Shown here: piece after piece, positions 13,910 through 26,998 of the stretch
Layout: each line of letters starts with the position of its first letter
How positions within the stretch are numbered: position 1 is the stretch's first letter
Assembly: GCA_043228905.1 (NCBI GenBank)
Contig: JBHGNT010000011.1
Coordinates: forward strand, 17,670,001 to 17,734,000
From: Azolla caroliniana
Taxonomy: Eukaryota; Plantae; Polypodiophyta
Reading direction: 5' to 3'
Length of the DNA: 64,000 nt
Program-made: the position numbers and the translations under genes
Notes under the pieces: model-generated
Told to the model about the DNA's origin: nothing
Database searches by the model: none
Seen by the model: the letters and a program-made list of their open reading frames with translations, nothing else

Positions 13910-14290
13910 TGATGTAATTAGTGCTAATCAGTCACTAATTGTCCTTTCCCCCAACACTAACCGCACTCAGAAGCAGGTCTGCTGTTGCCTAATTTTATAA
14001 TTAGTGGCCATGTCTATGGACAGCAGGAGCCATCAGCGCGCGCTAATGACTCATTCCTTTCATCATCATCATTATCATCATCATCATCATCATCATCATC
14101 ATGCCTGCCCGTACTAACATCTAATCCCTCCCGCAATTAGGGTCTGCAGGCCTCCCCTAATCCTGGAATTAGGCAATGCTATATAATTAGTGATTCAGAA
14201 GCAGTAAATCCCATACCCTAATTAAAAGAAAGCTCTCCCTGCCCTGCTCTGAGAGTCTGAGCTCCACCACGAAATCAGTAGTAGGATTAG
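13910..14290 (+). promoter_or_regulatory. ZF-HD proximal promoter with TATA-like box and cluster of CTAAT/ATTAG motifs
   Basis: CTATATAA at about 14179. Roughly a dozen CTAAT/ATTAG/TAATTA words in 380 bp. Confidence 0.5.
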
Positions 14291-14307
14291 TGTTTGTTGG
14301 CCGTCTG

Positions 14308-15525
14308 ATGCAACCCCAGCAAGCCATGGCTGCTGCTGGCTCAGCCCTCCTTGCCCCTGCCGGCTCTCAGCCCGCTGGCACCACCATATCTGCTGTGGAG
14401 CCATCGCCATCTGGTCTGCTATGCCCCCAGGTCTCCATGGCCTGCGATGGTGCAGCAGGGCCAACAAAGTCCGCTGAACAGACTGATTCTGATGCCAGAC
14501 CCCCCCCTGTGGCCTCCGGAGGCCCTCCGCCACATCCCATCCACAAACTGCTGAGCACAGGGGTCGCTTGGAGTGCCAGCACCTGTAGGTACAGGGAGTG
14601 CTTGAAGAATCATGCAGCTAGCCTTGGCGCTCATGCTACGGATGGGTGTGGAGAATTCATGGCAGGTGGAGAAGAAGGGTCTGTAGAGGCCCTCTTCTGT
14701 GCAGCTTGCAGGTGCCATAGGAACTTCCACAGAAGAGAAACAGTTCTAGAATCATCACATCCTCCTCTTCTTCCTCTTCCTCCTCCTCCTCCTCCTGCTC
14801 CTCCTGCTCCTGCTCCTCCTCCTCATCACCATCATCAATATGCACCCTCATCAAACATATATTGTGATCAACTGTACCCCCATCCTACCAATATGCTAAA
14901 CCCTAGATTCACAGGAACCCTAGGTAGCAATATCAGCAAAAGGAGTGTGAATTTGTCGGATCGACAGCTTTCTCCTGTAGCAGACGGAATGCCGCCGAGC
15001 CGCCGCCGCCATCGCCATCGCCATCGCCTGGCATTGCCGGCGAACACTCTTCCTGCGCCGCCCACTATGATGATGGCTTTCAACAATTCTCACCACATTC
15101 ATGAGCTTCATCATCAGAATAATGAGGAGGAGGAGGAGGAGGAGAAGGAGGATGATTCCAACATGAACCTTGAGTTTGGTTATACCAAACACAAAAACTA
15201 TGGGATCCAATATAACCATCATTTTATGTCCATGTCCCCTACCTGTCTCATGAACTCTACTACTACTACTACTACTACCACTACTAGCCTTAACCATAAC
15301 CATAACCAGAAGAGGTTTCGAACCAAGTTCACTTGTGAGCAGAAGGAGAAGATGTGGCATTTCGCCGAGAAGATCGGATGGCGATTCCAGAAGGACGATG
15401 ACGATGCCGTCCGGAAGTTCTGCACCGAAGTCGGTGTGAAACGGCACGTGCTCAAGGTGTGGATGCATAACAATAAGCACAACCTCCTTGGTACCAAGGT
15501 CAAAGCAATGAGCCCCAATACTTAG
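14308..15525 (+). CDS. Zinc-finger homeodomain (ZF-HD/ZHD) transcription factor, intronless
   Basis: ZF-HD finger YRECLKNHAASLGAHATDGCGEF...CAACRCHRNFHRRE and ZF-HD-class homeodomain KRFRTKFT.EQKEKM..FAEKIGWRFQK...FC.EVGVKRHVLKVWMHNNKH. First in-frame ATG at 14308. Confidence 0.96.
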   Translation: MQPQQAMAAAGSALLAPAGSQPAGTTISAVEPSPSGLLCPQVSMACDGAAGPTKSAEQTDSDARPPPVASGGPPPHPIHKLLSTGVAWSASTCRYRECLKNHAASLGAHATDGCGEFMAGGEEGSVEALFCAACRCHRNFHRRETVLESSHPPLLPLPPPPPPAPPAPAPPPHHHHQYAPSSNIYCDQLYPHPTNMLNPRFTGTLGSNISKRSVNLSDRQLSPVADGMPPSRRRHRHRHRLALPANTLPAPPTMMMAFNNSHHIHELHHQNNEEEEEEEKEDDSNMNLEFGYTKHKNYGIQYNHHFMSMSPTCLMNSTTTTTTTTTSLNHNHNQKRFRTKFTCEQKEKMWHFAEKIGWRFQKDDDDAVRKFCTEVGVKRHVLKVWMHNNKHNLLGTKVKAMSPNT

Positions 15526-15835
15526 AGCTCAAGGTGTGGATGTATAACAATAAGCACAAGTTCCTTGGTACCTAAGGTCAAGCAATGAGAGCCTGAATAC
15601 TTGAGCTCAATGTGTGGATGCATAAAAATAAACACAAGTTCCTTGGTACCAAGGTCATGCAATGAGAGCCCGAATACTTGAGCTCAAGGTGTGTATCCAT
15701 AACAATAATCACAACTTCCTTGGTAGCAAGGTCAAGTAATGAGCCCAAATACTTGAGCTTAAGGTGTGGATGCATAACAATAAGCACAACTTCCTTGTTA
15801 CCAAGGTCAAGCAATCAAAGCCCGAATACTCGAGC
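15450..15835 (+). repeat. Five tandem copies (75-78 bp) of the ZF-HD homeodomain helix-3/C-terminal segment
   Basis: Unit GCTCAAGGTGTGGATGCATAACAATAAGCACAA...CCTTGGTACCAAGGTCAA...AATACTT starts at 15450, 15527, 15605, 15682 and 15757. Confidence 0.95.
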
Positions 15836-17333
15836 ACCAACACCTCTCTACATGAGCCAAAAAAGATCACCCGACGATGACGATGACATTAGACCATTTA
15901 TCTAACATCGGATGTGATCGATCGGGTTGAGTGAGTATGAGTCTCAAGCTTTTCAACTTGCTTGGATATTCCAAATCTGATGCCTTGGTCGTCTCTTTCG
16001 GGTCGAATATTCAGACCGTCAACACTAGGGGGTCTGTATGTTGGTTGAAGGATATTCAATCGATTCAGGGAAAAGTTCGGTTCATTCAATGTATGGTCGA
16101 ATAAACCCAATCTGTATTGTCGATGCCAACCAAGACGACGGAAAAAAGAAGAAGAAGTCCACAGCCATTCGCCACATTAGATTTGGAAAGTCTCATTGTA
16201 ATGGGTGTCTCTTCTAGTCACATGAATAATGTCAAATATCATGTGTTTTAGTAATGTTGTTGAGGACTCCCCTAGTGTAATCCACAATTGAAAGATAGAA
16301 CTTTATACTTAGTTGTTTTGATCAAATACAAAGTAATGCAATTGCAAACCTATAGATCTTTATGATTCATTAGTTTTAACACTTCATAAGCATATTTTGG
16401 ACACCTTCTTTATGTACTCACCTTCCGTAACCTCTATAATCTACAATGTCTCCTTCTTCACTTCTTGAGATTTGCGTAATTCTTTAAATAACAACATCAT
16501 AGTATGCAACGTGCATCTAATCCATATGCCATGAGAAATTACTTGATTTGTTTCGTTGATTTGATATATGTATTATGTGTCATGATTTCTGACATGTAGC
16601 ATAGGTTAATAAAATGTCTATGTTGCATGGGTTTTTTAGTGTGAAAACCAATAGAGAAACTACAAAATTCAGAATGTGTTGTCCTTCACACTCAGAATTT
16701 TTGTTTCCGATGTATGACATTTTGTTCCTATTATTGGGAAATATAGGTGTGCATTTCGGATATGCTTAATGGAATAAATGCTTTGAAGCATACCAAACAA
16801 CCAATGCTAGTTCACCAAAGGATTTTCTTGAATGCATTCATTGGTCCTCAACATTCACAAAGTGATGTAGGTGCACAAACAAATCAATATCACCAACTTG
16901 TCTCTATTCATTCAAGGACGGTTATTGCTTGGGGGCATTGGCTCAAATGTACCCTCTAATGTGTCCCTTACAAAGGACTTCCAACACTCTTTGGAGAGCA
17001 TACAAGGTTACCTCTTTTCAGAACTCGTTTGGAGGGAAGATTAAGGAGGAGATTATTGTAATTCTTTGATTGGTCCAATGTGCCATGCTATTGGTCTCTT
17101 GAGGACGATAAATATCTTGGGCATGGGATCCTTTACGGTCATAAAGGAAAGAATGCACACACACATTGCTTGAAAGAGGGATATTTGTGCATTTGAGAAC
17201 GTGTGCTCAATTGTTATGCTCCATTCCAAAGCATTAAAATCGGGAATATTACTGAACATCAAGAACCAATTATTGACTCCACTTAATACGTGAAAATGTT
17301 TAACTTTGATTTTGTAAGTTTGAGGACAAAGAT

Positions 17334-17380
<47 letters not shown>

Positions 17381-17641
17381 GTATCAAGTTAGTACCATGT
17401 TAGTTTTACGAACTTATGTAGCCATGTTCAAATCTTACTATATACCTATTGGATGGTAATGTGTTAAATGCAAGTTTTCAGTTACCCATGCATTGACGTT
17501 TAAATATTTTGAGATGCACAACTCATATGCTAGTACGGAATGTAGGGTTTGAATGCTTGACTTTCTAGTCTCTATTGTACAACCTTGTGTATTGAGCCAC
17601 ATCCATGTAATCTTCCCACCACCCACCACCCACATCCCCAA

Positions 17642-17705
<64 letters not shown>

Positions 17706-19552
17706 AGTAACCCAAAATTTCAAAATCAAGGTTGTATTGGTTCTCTTTAGTGATTCTTTAGAAAAGTATGCTACACTAATATAAGTTCAAAATTTGTGTG
17801 CACCCAATCATGATAATGATCCTTAATACATTTCTCAAATGTTGACGCACATGCCTAGCCTACTCTTTTTTCTTTTTAAGATTACTTTGGTAAGTCTCCA
17901 TGTCATATTTCTTTGTTTTAAGGGTTTTGCATTAAAATGACTATATTCTTGATCATGCATAAATTTCACGGATCTTTTCAATGCTACCACATTATAAACA
18001 TGGGTGTGCCGCATACTATAGTTAATCTATGACTTCTATATTATTGAAGGAGGGTTCAGTTTTGGAGAAGGACATCATATGCATATAGGCAAAATGCAAA
18101 TGTTGTTAAGAAAGAATATCATCATTGTCAAGTATGTAGAAAGTGGAAATTCTTTATAATACTTAAATAACCATGTTTCACTATGGCATGCTTATCTTTT
18201 ACTTGCATATACAAGAAGAATGCCTAGTAATAATTGGTTCACGAGTTCCCCACTTCATAAGATACAATAACCTCATTAATAAGATGAGAACTAGGGGTAA
18301 TAAGTTAGTGTTTCTTTGCATATTAAAATCGCCATAGACGTGGATTACAAAAATTGCATCACATCAAAACAACTAACAAAACTACAAAAGTTGTGGATGT
18401 GTCCTTTGCTTGCTATATGAACATGTTTCCAATATAATATAGCACCCATTATTTATTTATTTTTTGTCTTCAGTGACACTTATCATAAATGACATTATTT
18501 AACACATTTTACTACTACGCTCGATGAGAAATTTGAATCGATTCAACTTCAGCTATAAGTATAAAATAATCGGCCTCAAAAACCTCAATTGTTAATTTTA
18601 ATGGCATAACGAATGCATGTGCAAACTATCAAAATGCAACAAACCAAATTTAGTGTCTACACAAATTCATAATGTTCTTGGATTAACCGAAAATCAATGT
18701 GGCTTGCATTCAACGTGCGTAAAAAGGTGTCGGAACAAGTATTATAGTGGCTAAAGTATTGCTTCGAGTATGAATTTAAGCGCATAATGAACAATTATAT
18801 TATCACACCAATTACAAAAGATCAACTTTCCACCAATGTACCCTATACAATTTCGAGTTGAGGAGGCTATTAGAACTTTCAAGTAGACTAGACTAGCTGA
18901 ATTTGAAGGAAAAGCAAAACATAGGGCAATAGTTTAGTGTCTCCATTTGTACCACAATTTTGGATAAGATTACATTGTTGCAATCAATCATTGCTTTAAA
19001 ACTAATGAAGGTAAAGTTTTTTTTATTTTACCAAAACAATTAATGCCTTAGAAGTAAATATTAATACAATTCTCACATATACAAAATCACACAAAAACAT
19101 TTCATATTGGGCATAAAACACTCAAGGTTTTACAAGATAACACAAGATATTTTGACCACACATGACATGCACTTCTTTACATTTCCTTCACGCATAATAG
19201 CATCATGTTATCACTTCTTTTCTTGTGTACGCAAAAGTCAAAGGTAAATAGTGCAAAGCCATACATTTAGGAGCAATTGTTGGCATGCATGACCTCAAAC
19301 TAAAAGTAGGAATAGTGTTTAGAGATAATAAACAATTACAAAAAATACTTGTCCAACCAAGGGGGTAAGATCAACTTTACTCAAAACATCAATGCATAAC
19401 TCTAGTAACAAGGAACCTATTGAAAATATTAATTTTGCATTTACCAAAAAGTAAGAGTTCAAATATCAATACAATAATCAATTTCATTTCAACATTGAAG
19501 TTGAGCTTTCTTCACTACTTAATAGGCTAAACATATGTAGTTTAGTGTGAAC

Positions 19553-19797
19553 TAGAAGTTGGCAACAAGTCAACTCCAACTGAATCCAAACTGTTAAGCC
19601 ATTTTTAAACGGTTTGGAGGATCAGCTCAGCTTTGTTTAGGCTTGAGCTTTCTTAATTGGTTTGAGCCCACTTCAATTCAGATCAAGTCCTTCCAAATCA
19701 ATTAATCCTCGACCAATTTAGGGATAAGCTCAATCTGGTTAGGTTGACATTTGGACCTAAACTGATTAAGCTAAAACTTAACCATTTCCAATTCCTA
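19553..19797. mobile_element. hAT-like MITE
   Basis: Imperfect TIRs TAGAAGTTGGCAA (19553) and TTTCCAATTCCTA (ends 19797; reverse complement TAGGAATTGGAAA). Flanking 8-mers GTGTGAAC / GTGCAAAC match 6/8, as expected for an old hAT TSD. Confidence 0.6.
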
Positions 19798-20922
19798 GTG
19801 CAAACCATTATCAACTCAATATGTCTTAAATGCACTAATTTGACAACTAATCACCCAATTTAATTCTGAACTTTATTAATCAACTAAATTGAGTAGGGTG
19901 ACTACATAAAACCAATGTAAACTCTGTATTCATAGCATATAATAGTTTGGTTTAATTAATTATAGCATAAAAAGAACCACAATACCTTTAAACTAGAATT
20001 ATTAAACAATCTGTTTGCAAGCTCAAACGAAGTGGTTCAAGAGATTAACCTACATTTTTGTGCAAACCAATATTTTGTGTTAATTTTGTACAATTCTTTC
20101 AAGAAATAGTCTTCCAACCAAGAGTCTCCTACTAAAAAGTAAATGAGAAAATATTATGTCTATATGAAAACTTTAAAACTAATTGATCCATATTAATGCC
20201 CTATAATCTCCATCGTGTACACAATAGTGCATAAGAGTTTCTTAAACTGATTTTGAACACCTAAGGCTAAATCATGCATGCAAAAGGCATTTGAGCATTT
20301 TATCGATGAAAATACAATATTATTCTACATAATTGGAATCCAAAGAACATGCTTTCGTACATATAGTTTGAATCCAATTCTTTCCTACACCTAGAACTCA
20401 CTCAACACATCCATGAAACGATATATACCAGCTTGTACATTCTCTAGAATATTGTAGTTGTGCAATACCATTGTAGTAGTGAATGCAATGCATTTTAATT
20501 GTGTGCATATAATGGCATTGCAAATATTGCACAATCTATGCACATTATAAAAAAAGACAGAAAACATAATATATATCAATTAGTTGGGTCTCATCGCAAA
20601 AAAGCATTAATATATTGCAGTCAGGTAAGACAAATTCATAATCGAATCATTTTTCAAAATTATTGGCCATTCTTGAGTGCTTGAAAATAAAACAAATTTG
20701 TTAAGTTTCAAGTGTTTTCACTAAAATATAATAGAATTAACATTCAAAAATCTAATCTAACCCAATAAACCAATACAAAGGATTAAGAAACACCCATTAC
20801 AATAAAAGAGTTTAGCATTCAAAAATTTAATTTAGTTTAATAAAGCAATACAAAGAATTAAGCAGATTTACCATATAATAAAAAAAATGTGTAATCTGGG
20901 CAATATAAAATTGGATGGCTTA

Positions 20923-23900
20923 TCAAGAGTCAAGTCGAATAAGCGTATTCATGTATGTGTAGTAAGAAAATATCACAAAAAATCGTCGATACCTACAAAA
21001 CAGATGTTCAAAAAACTAGTTTTTAGCAATTGTGAGAAGTTTTGATAAAAATGGCAAACATATGTAAGGTGTCCCGAATAACACATACCATAACCACTGT
21101 GAGGCGTGTCGTCTCATAGCTCTGATACCTTTCATTGGCTCTTTGTTCGCAAAGCAATGAATATCTCTCCTATTTCTATTTGTCCACATTGTGTAAAGAG
21201 CTGATATGGGTCCAAAATATTTACATGTGATGTTCATACTTTCCTGTACATATTCCAAAGCTCATCTGAGTTATCATTGTGGTATAACTAATACTTTCAA
21301 AGAGTATATGAATATATACATACATTCAAAGGTTGTATACACACACATATCTATTCTAGAAAATAAGTAATTTATTATATGAGTAAAAAACAGTTAGATC
21401 TTGAAGCTACTAGATTGTCAGAGTAATCCTAGTGGTTGATGTGAGTATATTATGCACATACATATTTTAACTGATAAAATCATGTGCCAATCTTTCTTGT
21501 AAACGAAATGTACAAATTAGAAACTATGTACAATCTGAAGCCCTACCAGACTCCAAGCCTCGATGCAGTTTTGAGTCCCATGATTCTTAATACAGCTCAG
21601 AAGATACGCACTGTAAATGCCAGATTGTTTCAGAATGATTAACAATAGACATTACTTGCTAGAGCATATCAACTAGTTTCATATATTAGGAAATTAAATA
21701 CAATAATTAGTGTATACATATGATAGTGTAGCCTATGTTGAATCCCGGATATGATGTTATGACCCCATTCTCCATATATAAAAGGAATAGTAAGAAAATT
21801 TGGGAAAAGAAGAGCTAGTAATTCAAGGGATAAATGTATCATTTCTATTTCCAATAAAAGTTTTTGGAGCTGCAATACAGAATAGAATTTGTAAAAACAA
21901 CAAGCTTTCCTTTTTAACGTCTAATAAATGGATGGAAATTTTCTTTTCTCTTTTTCCGAGATCCTATACACTTATATTTATGAACCTGTGAGGACAAAAG
22001 TATATACCAGACACCACGATATACAGAAATATGGTTTGGATGACCCGAAATTCCATAGTTATCGAAAGTTATCATCTGGAAATGAAAGCAAAAGTCACTA
22101 TTGGCAAGAACCTAACCGTAGATAATAAAAAACAGAGAGTAGCATATCATGTTAAATGGAGATTATTTAAGGCATCATAAGTAAAAACATGAAGATTTCT
22201 CAGGGACTAAAATGTCAATATCGATAAGCAAGTAAAAGGATTCCCAATGCTAGCCGATAAAATGTATGGAGGATGTATCTAACTGACCATACTTCAAGAT
22301 ACTCTAATTCCTTCCAAAGAAACTTTGTATGCATTATGATGCAGAAAAACCAAGAGCAATCATGATTCAGATAGAATAGAGAGTAAAAAGATCTTACCGC
22401 CTCGATGTTATGTAATGAAATTAACCTCTTCAATTCTTCAACAATCAAATCTAGATTCCATATCATATTGTGACCATCCTGTATAAATCCAGCCAGTAAG
22501 AAAATTTTCGATTATTTATCTTTGAGTTTTAAAACAGCATAAACAAATGGCTAATTAGAAACACCATATATTCACAATCTTATATATCCTAAACTGAATA
22601 GCATATAAAAATATCTTATCAAAAAATACATGTACCTCACCTGAAGATCTGGATGATTTAATATCTCAATATTCTCCATTGGCACCTGAAGATTACATAC
22701 AAATAATTTTTGAAATAATGGAAAAAGTAGCCTGGACTTCAAGTCAGGATTGTTAAAAAACATACATTAAAGACAGAACATGCAGACATCAGTTCTTGCA
22801 TCCTAGTTAAACCCAAACCTTCCGCATTTCCTGCACAGATAAAATAATCAGTCATGTTAGATTTTAATACATGAGACTTGATTGTAATGTTCTCCATCAA
22901 GATACCCACTCTATGTCTTGTTTGGTCTAATAGGCCATTTTGGCCTCTTAAAAGGAGGTAATTCTTTCTTTCTTTCTTTTTAGGAGAAAGAGTGCTATTC
23001 ATTTTAGGTCAGGGGAATCTACCCTACAGAGATGGGCACAGGTAATCTGGTTCTTGGAACTGCATTTCAGCTAATTGTATTTGAGCAGCATACACACATA
23101 AATGTGTACTGGTACACGTTAGAATGCCCTTTAAATACAGAATTGTGCCAAATACAATAATCTTGGTCTTAACAAAATGGTTAACATAGAGGATTTCTTT
23201 CTTCATAAAATATACGTAGAGCAACTAGTTGTTGTAGACCTCTATAAAGACTCTCACTTTTGACACCCTGCTGATCAAATTACTGTAGCTATGTCTGCCT
23301 CTTCAAACAAGTTTATATTTTTTTAAATGTCACCTTTCAGACATCAAAAAAACCTAATGCTTGAAAAAGTAGAAACTCTAGAGTCTTACCCTGATTTCTT
23401 TTGCTACAGTTTTACCCATCTTACTTTGTTGCTTTTCTAGAAGTTCTCTTTGCATTGTTTGCCCATCTTACAAGTTGTCCTTAGCATTTTCTGATCCAGC
23501 TCACTGTCCTTCATATCCAATGTTACGTGAATTTTGAATGAAGGCTTAGGTTTCCCATATTTTGTAAGGTAGATGCTCAAACATCTTCATCATGACTAGC
23601 ATTTTTAGAGTCAAGTAATTGGAAAGGCTAAGAACTTTTAAAAGACCGATCACTAAAGAAAGAGGGACTATTGATCCGCCCCTATGCAACAGACATTGAA
23701 CTATAAGATCCTACAAAAGATGTACAATTCTAGTTATACCTATCCTCACGAATCATAAAAATAAATATTCAACCATGTTCGCTTACCTAGCACAAGAGGA
23801 ACAAGGAGTGTTACAATCAAGGATTAAATCAGCATCACCACTATAGAGCACCATGACACACCACCAATCTCTTGCAAAGAATCCTTGTGACCAAAATACT

Positions 23901-24777
23901 AGTGAAATCCTGCAACTTTCAATAAAATCTGCAATTTCTTGTGGCCATAACACAGATATGAATTCTCCTAGAACAGATCTCCTCAGAAGACAATTTAGTG
24001 AACTGCCAAGGATGGAGTAGTAGTAAGATATACAATAGCACCTATGAAACCCTAAATTCTAGAACATAGAAAACCGCTAAGAATGCAGCGGGTGACAGAA
24101 GGCAACTAATTCTCTTATACCATTTTGAAAGAGCAAAACAATGTGGATAATCAGAGAAATAAGCAAATGAAATGGAATTGACAAAATCTGCAGATAAATA
24201 GCAAAAAATATTGAGAAGAGAGCAAAGAGGATATATATGTATATATATAAAGATATACACAAGGGGATAAATCATTTGTACAAATTTGCTAAAATTCAGA
24301 ACTAAGTGTAAAGATTGTAGGATCTAGTCCTGGGTACTGATAAATCTAGGAAACTAGTTTAAGTCAAAAAACTTTCAACATTAAAATAACAAATCCAGCT
24401 GTTCAGATTGTGATGTATCCAGAAGTTAGAGAAGAGGCTTACCGTTGGATAAACAAATGATCCAAACATTGTAACAACCGAGAGAGTCCAACGACAGAAG
24501 AGTTGGAGCAAAGAACCTAGCATAAAAAACAAATACAAAAATGTTAACAATGAGCACAAGACCATGATGAGAAAGGGATAGATCTAGAATATACTTACAT
24601 TGACTCATCATCTGGATGAGCAATGACAAGGAGAAGGTTCTTCTTCATTCCAGGGTTTTGTTTAGGAAGACCATGCAATGAAGGGAGTGGTTGAGGGTAT
24701 GGCAAACAAACGAGCAAGATAAGCAAGCAGAGGAACCATGCCAAAACAAGGGCTCCCAAGATCATCAGCAACATCAT
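20923..24777 (-). CDS. PIGL: N-acetylglucosaminyl-phosphatidylinositol de-N-acetylase (PIG-L/GPI12), 9 coding exons
   Basis: N-terminal TM segment, IAHPDDESMFFAP, ICLSNGNAEGLG..R, ITFDNYGISGHPNH, AMRRHASQWLWYRRFFVIFSYYTYMNTL. GT-AG exons: 24777-24599, 24516-24443, 22830-22766, 22685-22641, 22478-22398, 22075-22008, 21610-21547, 21243-21089, 20992-20923; frame is continuous. Confidence 0.93.
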
Positions 24778-25745
24778 TTGATATTTCTAAGGTTCAGCAA
24801 GACAATAAGATCTTACTCATGAAAATGTTGATATGAAACTATTTTTTATATTTGTGAGCTTTTGCAAGAAAACAATAATTAATGATGACAACGTTTATGT
24901 GAATTCATCTTTTATATTTCTAAGTTTTTGCCAGAGATCAAGGTTTTGATTATGACACCATTTCATGTGATATATCATGCTTGATAAAAACCAAGGGGAA
25001 TAGAATTCAAGTGTTGCATACTGAAACAATACAACCTTCAATAGAATGAATACCGTAGGAAAAACAATTGATCACATCGTTTTTGTACGGGCTAAATTTA
25101 TAAAGCTTCTTTTACCCCTTTGCTGTCTTAATGTAAAAAGCACATATAATCAAGATATGTACAGACATCTTCTATTTCATATGTATTCAGATTTGGAGCA
25201 CATACATGTTCGTGTGAACGGCCCCCTAAAGCTATATATCATGCAAATCTGCTGTCATGAATAATCCACTCAGGTTCTGTTTCAAGAAAGTTTTATCTCA
25301 CTCTCCTAATACAGTTGAAATTGCAGCCGTGAATGCTTTCAACAGAAAATAATAAATACAATCAAATTAAAAATGTGAATGCTTTCAATTTCCAAATTAG
25401 CTTAACATTTCCAAGTGAACTCTATGTGGTTCCTTCATGGCCTCCTTTGGGTCTCAATAACAAATGGATTGTAACGGTATAAAAATCTATCCTCTCAGAG
25501 GAATCAGTTCAATCATGAAAGGAAAAGGTATGAATAGCTTTGATTTTGAGAAACAAACCCAAAATAGAATTCTACTGCATTACCAACACCACAGGAAAAG
25601 AACCCTTTCTTGTTCTTGGAAATACCATTGGCTAGTTGGGGTTTATTGGTCTGAAAAGAAAGCATGCGAGTGTGTACAATGATTTCTCAATGTCTTCTTT
25701 CAACTTCATTAAAGAACTAGCAACATGATTTTGCTACTGTTTGTA

Positions 25746-26152
25746 GCTTATACTTAATTCTCCAGCAAGGTGCTCTTATGAAACATAACCCTCACCACGG
25801 ATGTGACTGGTGATATTTCTCGAATTGCTTGAACATGCTTCGGATTCCTTATATAACTCCACGTCAGGTTATTTTACTGTGCTTTGGCTTATACTTAATT
25901 CTCCAGTAAGGTGCTCCTATGAATCATAACCCTCACCACAGATGTGAGAGATGATATTTCTTGAATTGCTTAAAAATGCTTCGGCTTCCTTATATAAACC
26001 CATGTCAGGTTGTTTTACCGTTCTTTGGCTTATACTTAATTCTCCAGTATGGAGCTCTTATGAATCATAACCCTCACCACAGATGTGAGCCATGATATTT
26101 CTTGAATTTCTCGAACATGCTTTGGCTACCTTATGTGAAGCCATATCAGGTT
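25746..26152. repeat. Three-copy 141-bp tandem repeat in the putative PIG-L 5'UTR intron
   Basis: GCTTATACTTAATTCTCCAG...CATAACCCTCACCAC.GATGTGA...GTCAGGTT starts at 25746, 25887 and 26028. Confidence 0.92.
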
Positions 26153-26998
26153 GGTTATTGTTTTTTCGAAACACATATGTGAGCACCATACTTTTAGACA
26201 CAAAAATATGAAGATCAAGTAAACGCTTTATGTCATTTTTCACTTCTATAATGACAGGGAAATTTACTTGTGGCAAGTCTATAGTCTACAACCAGATTTC
26301 ATGTCTGGATGGGTAACCAAGAAGAATTTTTACATCATCTGCCCACTGGATTTGGCACTCAGCCTTGACATAACTGAACAATTTTGTTGGTGATAAATCA
26401 AGCATTCAAGAGCCAATACGAAGTTTCTGGCACCTGACCTAGGCATGGCACTACTTACGAGATTAAGGAACATCCATTGAAATCATACCAAGGAGGTCTA
26501 TGATAAAACCTAGCACGAAAAAAAACAACTTTTATGATACTGCTGGAATGCATTATAGTAACAAGACTGCAACTAATCTTTCTCTCTATATATTTTCCTG
26601 GTTGGCGATCCTACACTCAAAGAAGAACCATTGATAATACAATCACAAACAGAACGAGTGACTCAGTTGACGAAATTTCATCAAAATGAGAGGTTTCCAG
26701 AAGTTCATAGTTTTCTTTTACTTTCTATGGGAAGGGGCTAATCTTAGCCTATTTTACTCCAGAGCGTGTAGGCAATTTACACAGAGCACCCAGGAATTTG
26801 ATCTGCTTAAAAATAGAATGTACAAATGAATGAACACTCTTCGTAGAATTCAAGATATCTTACGTTTTTTAAAAATCTATTAAAACGAAACGTATTAGCC
26901 ATCTCAACTCTTGCGAAAGCAGATGGCAGAAAGGATTGAAACGAACTTTACAGCGGAAGAATGAGATGGACGAGGGAGAACATTTTAAACAGACTTAC

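Noticed and set aside
14222-15518. Several long antisense/alternative-frame ORFs over ZF-HD (also 43166-43657, 56069-56611, 61696-62073)
   Set aside because: Shadow ORFs of GC-rich, low-complexity real exons; no independent motifs.
15450-15835. Regularly spaced repeats that might look like a CRISPR array
   Set aside because: Whole units repeat head to tail with no unique spacers, they derive from the ZF-HD coding sequence, and the context is eukaryotic with no cas genes.
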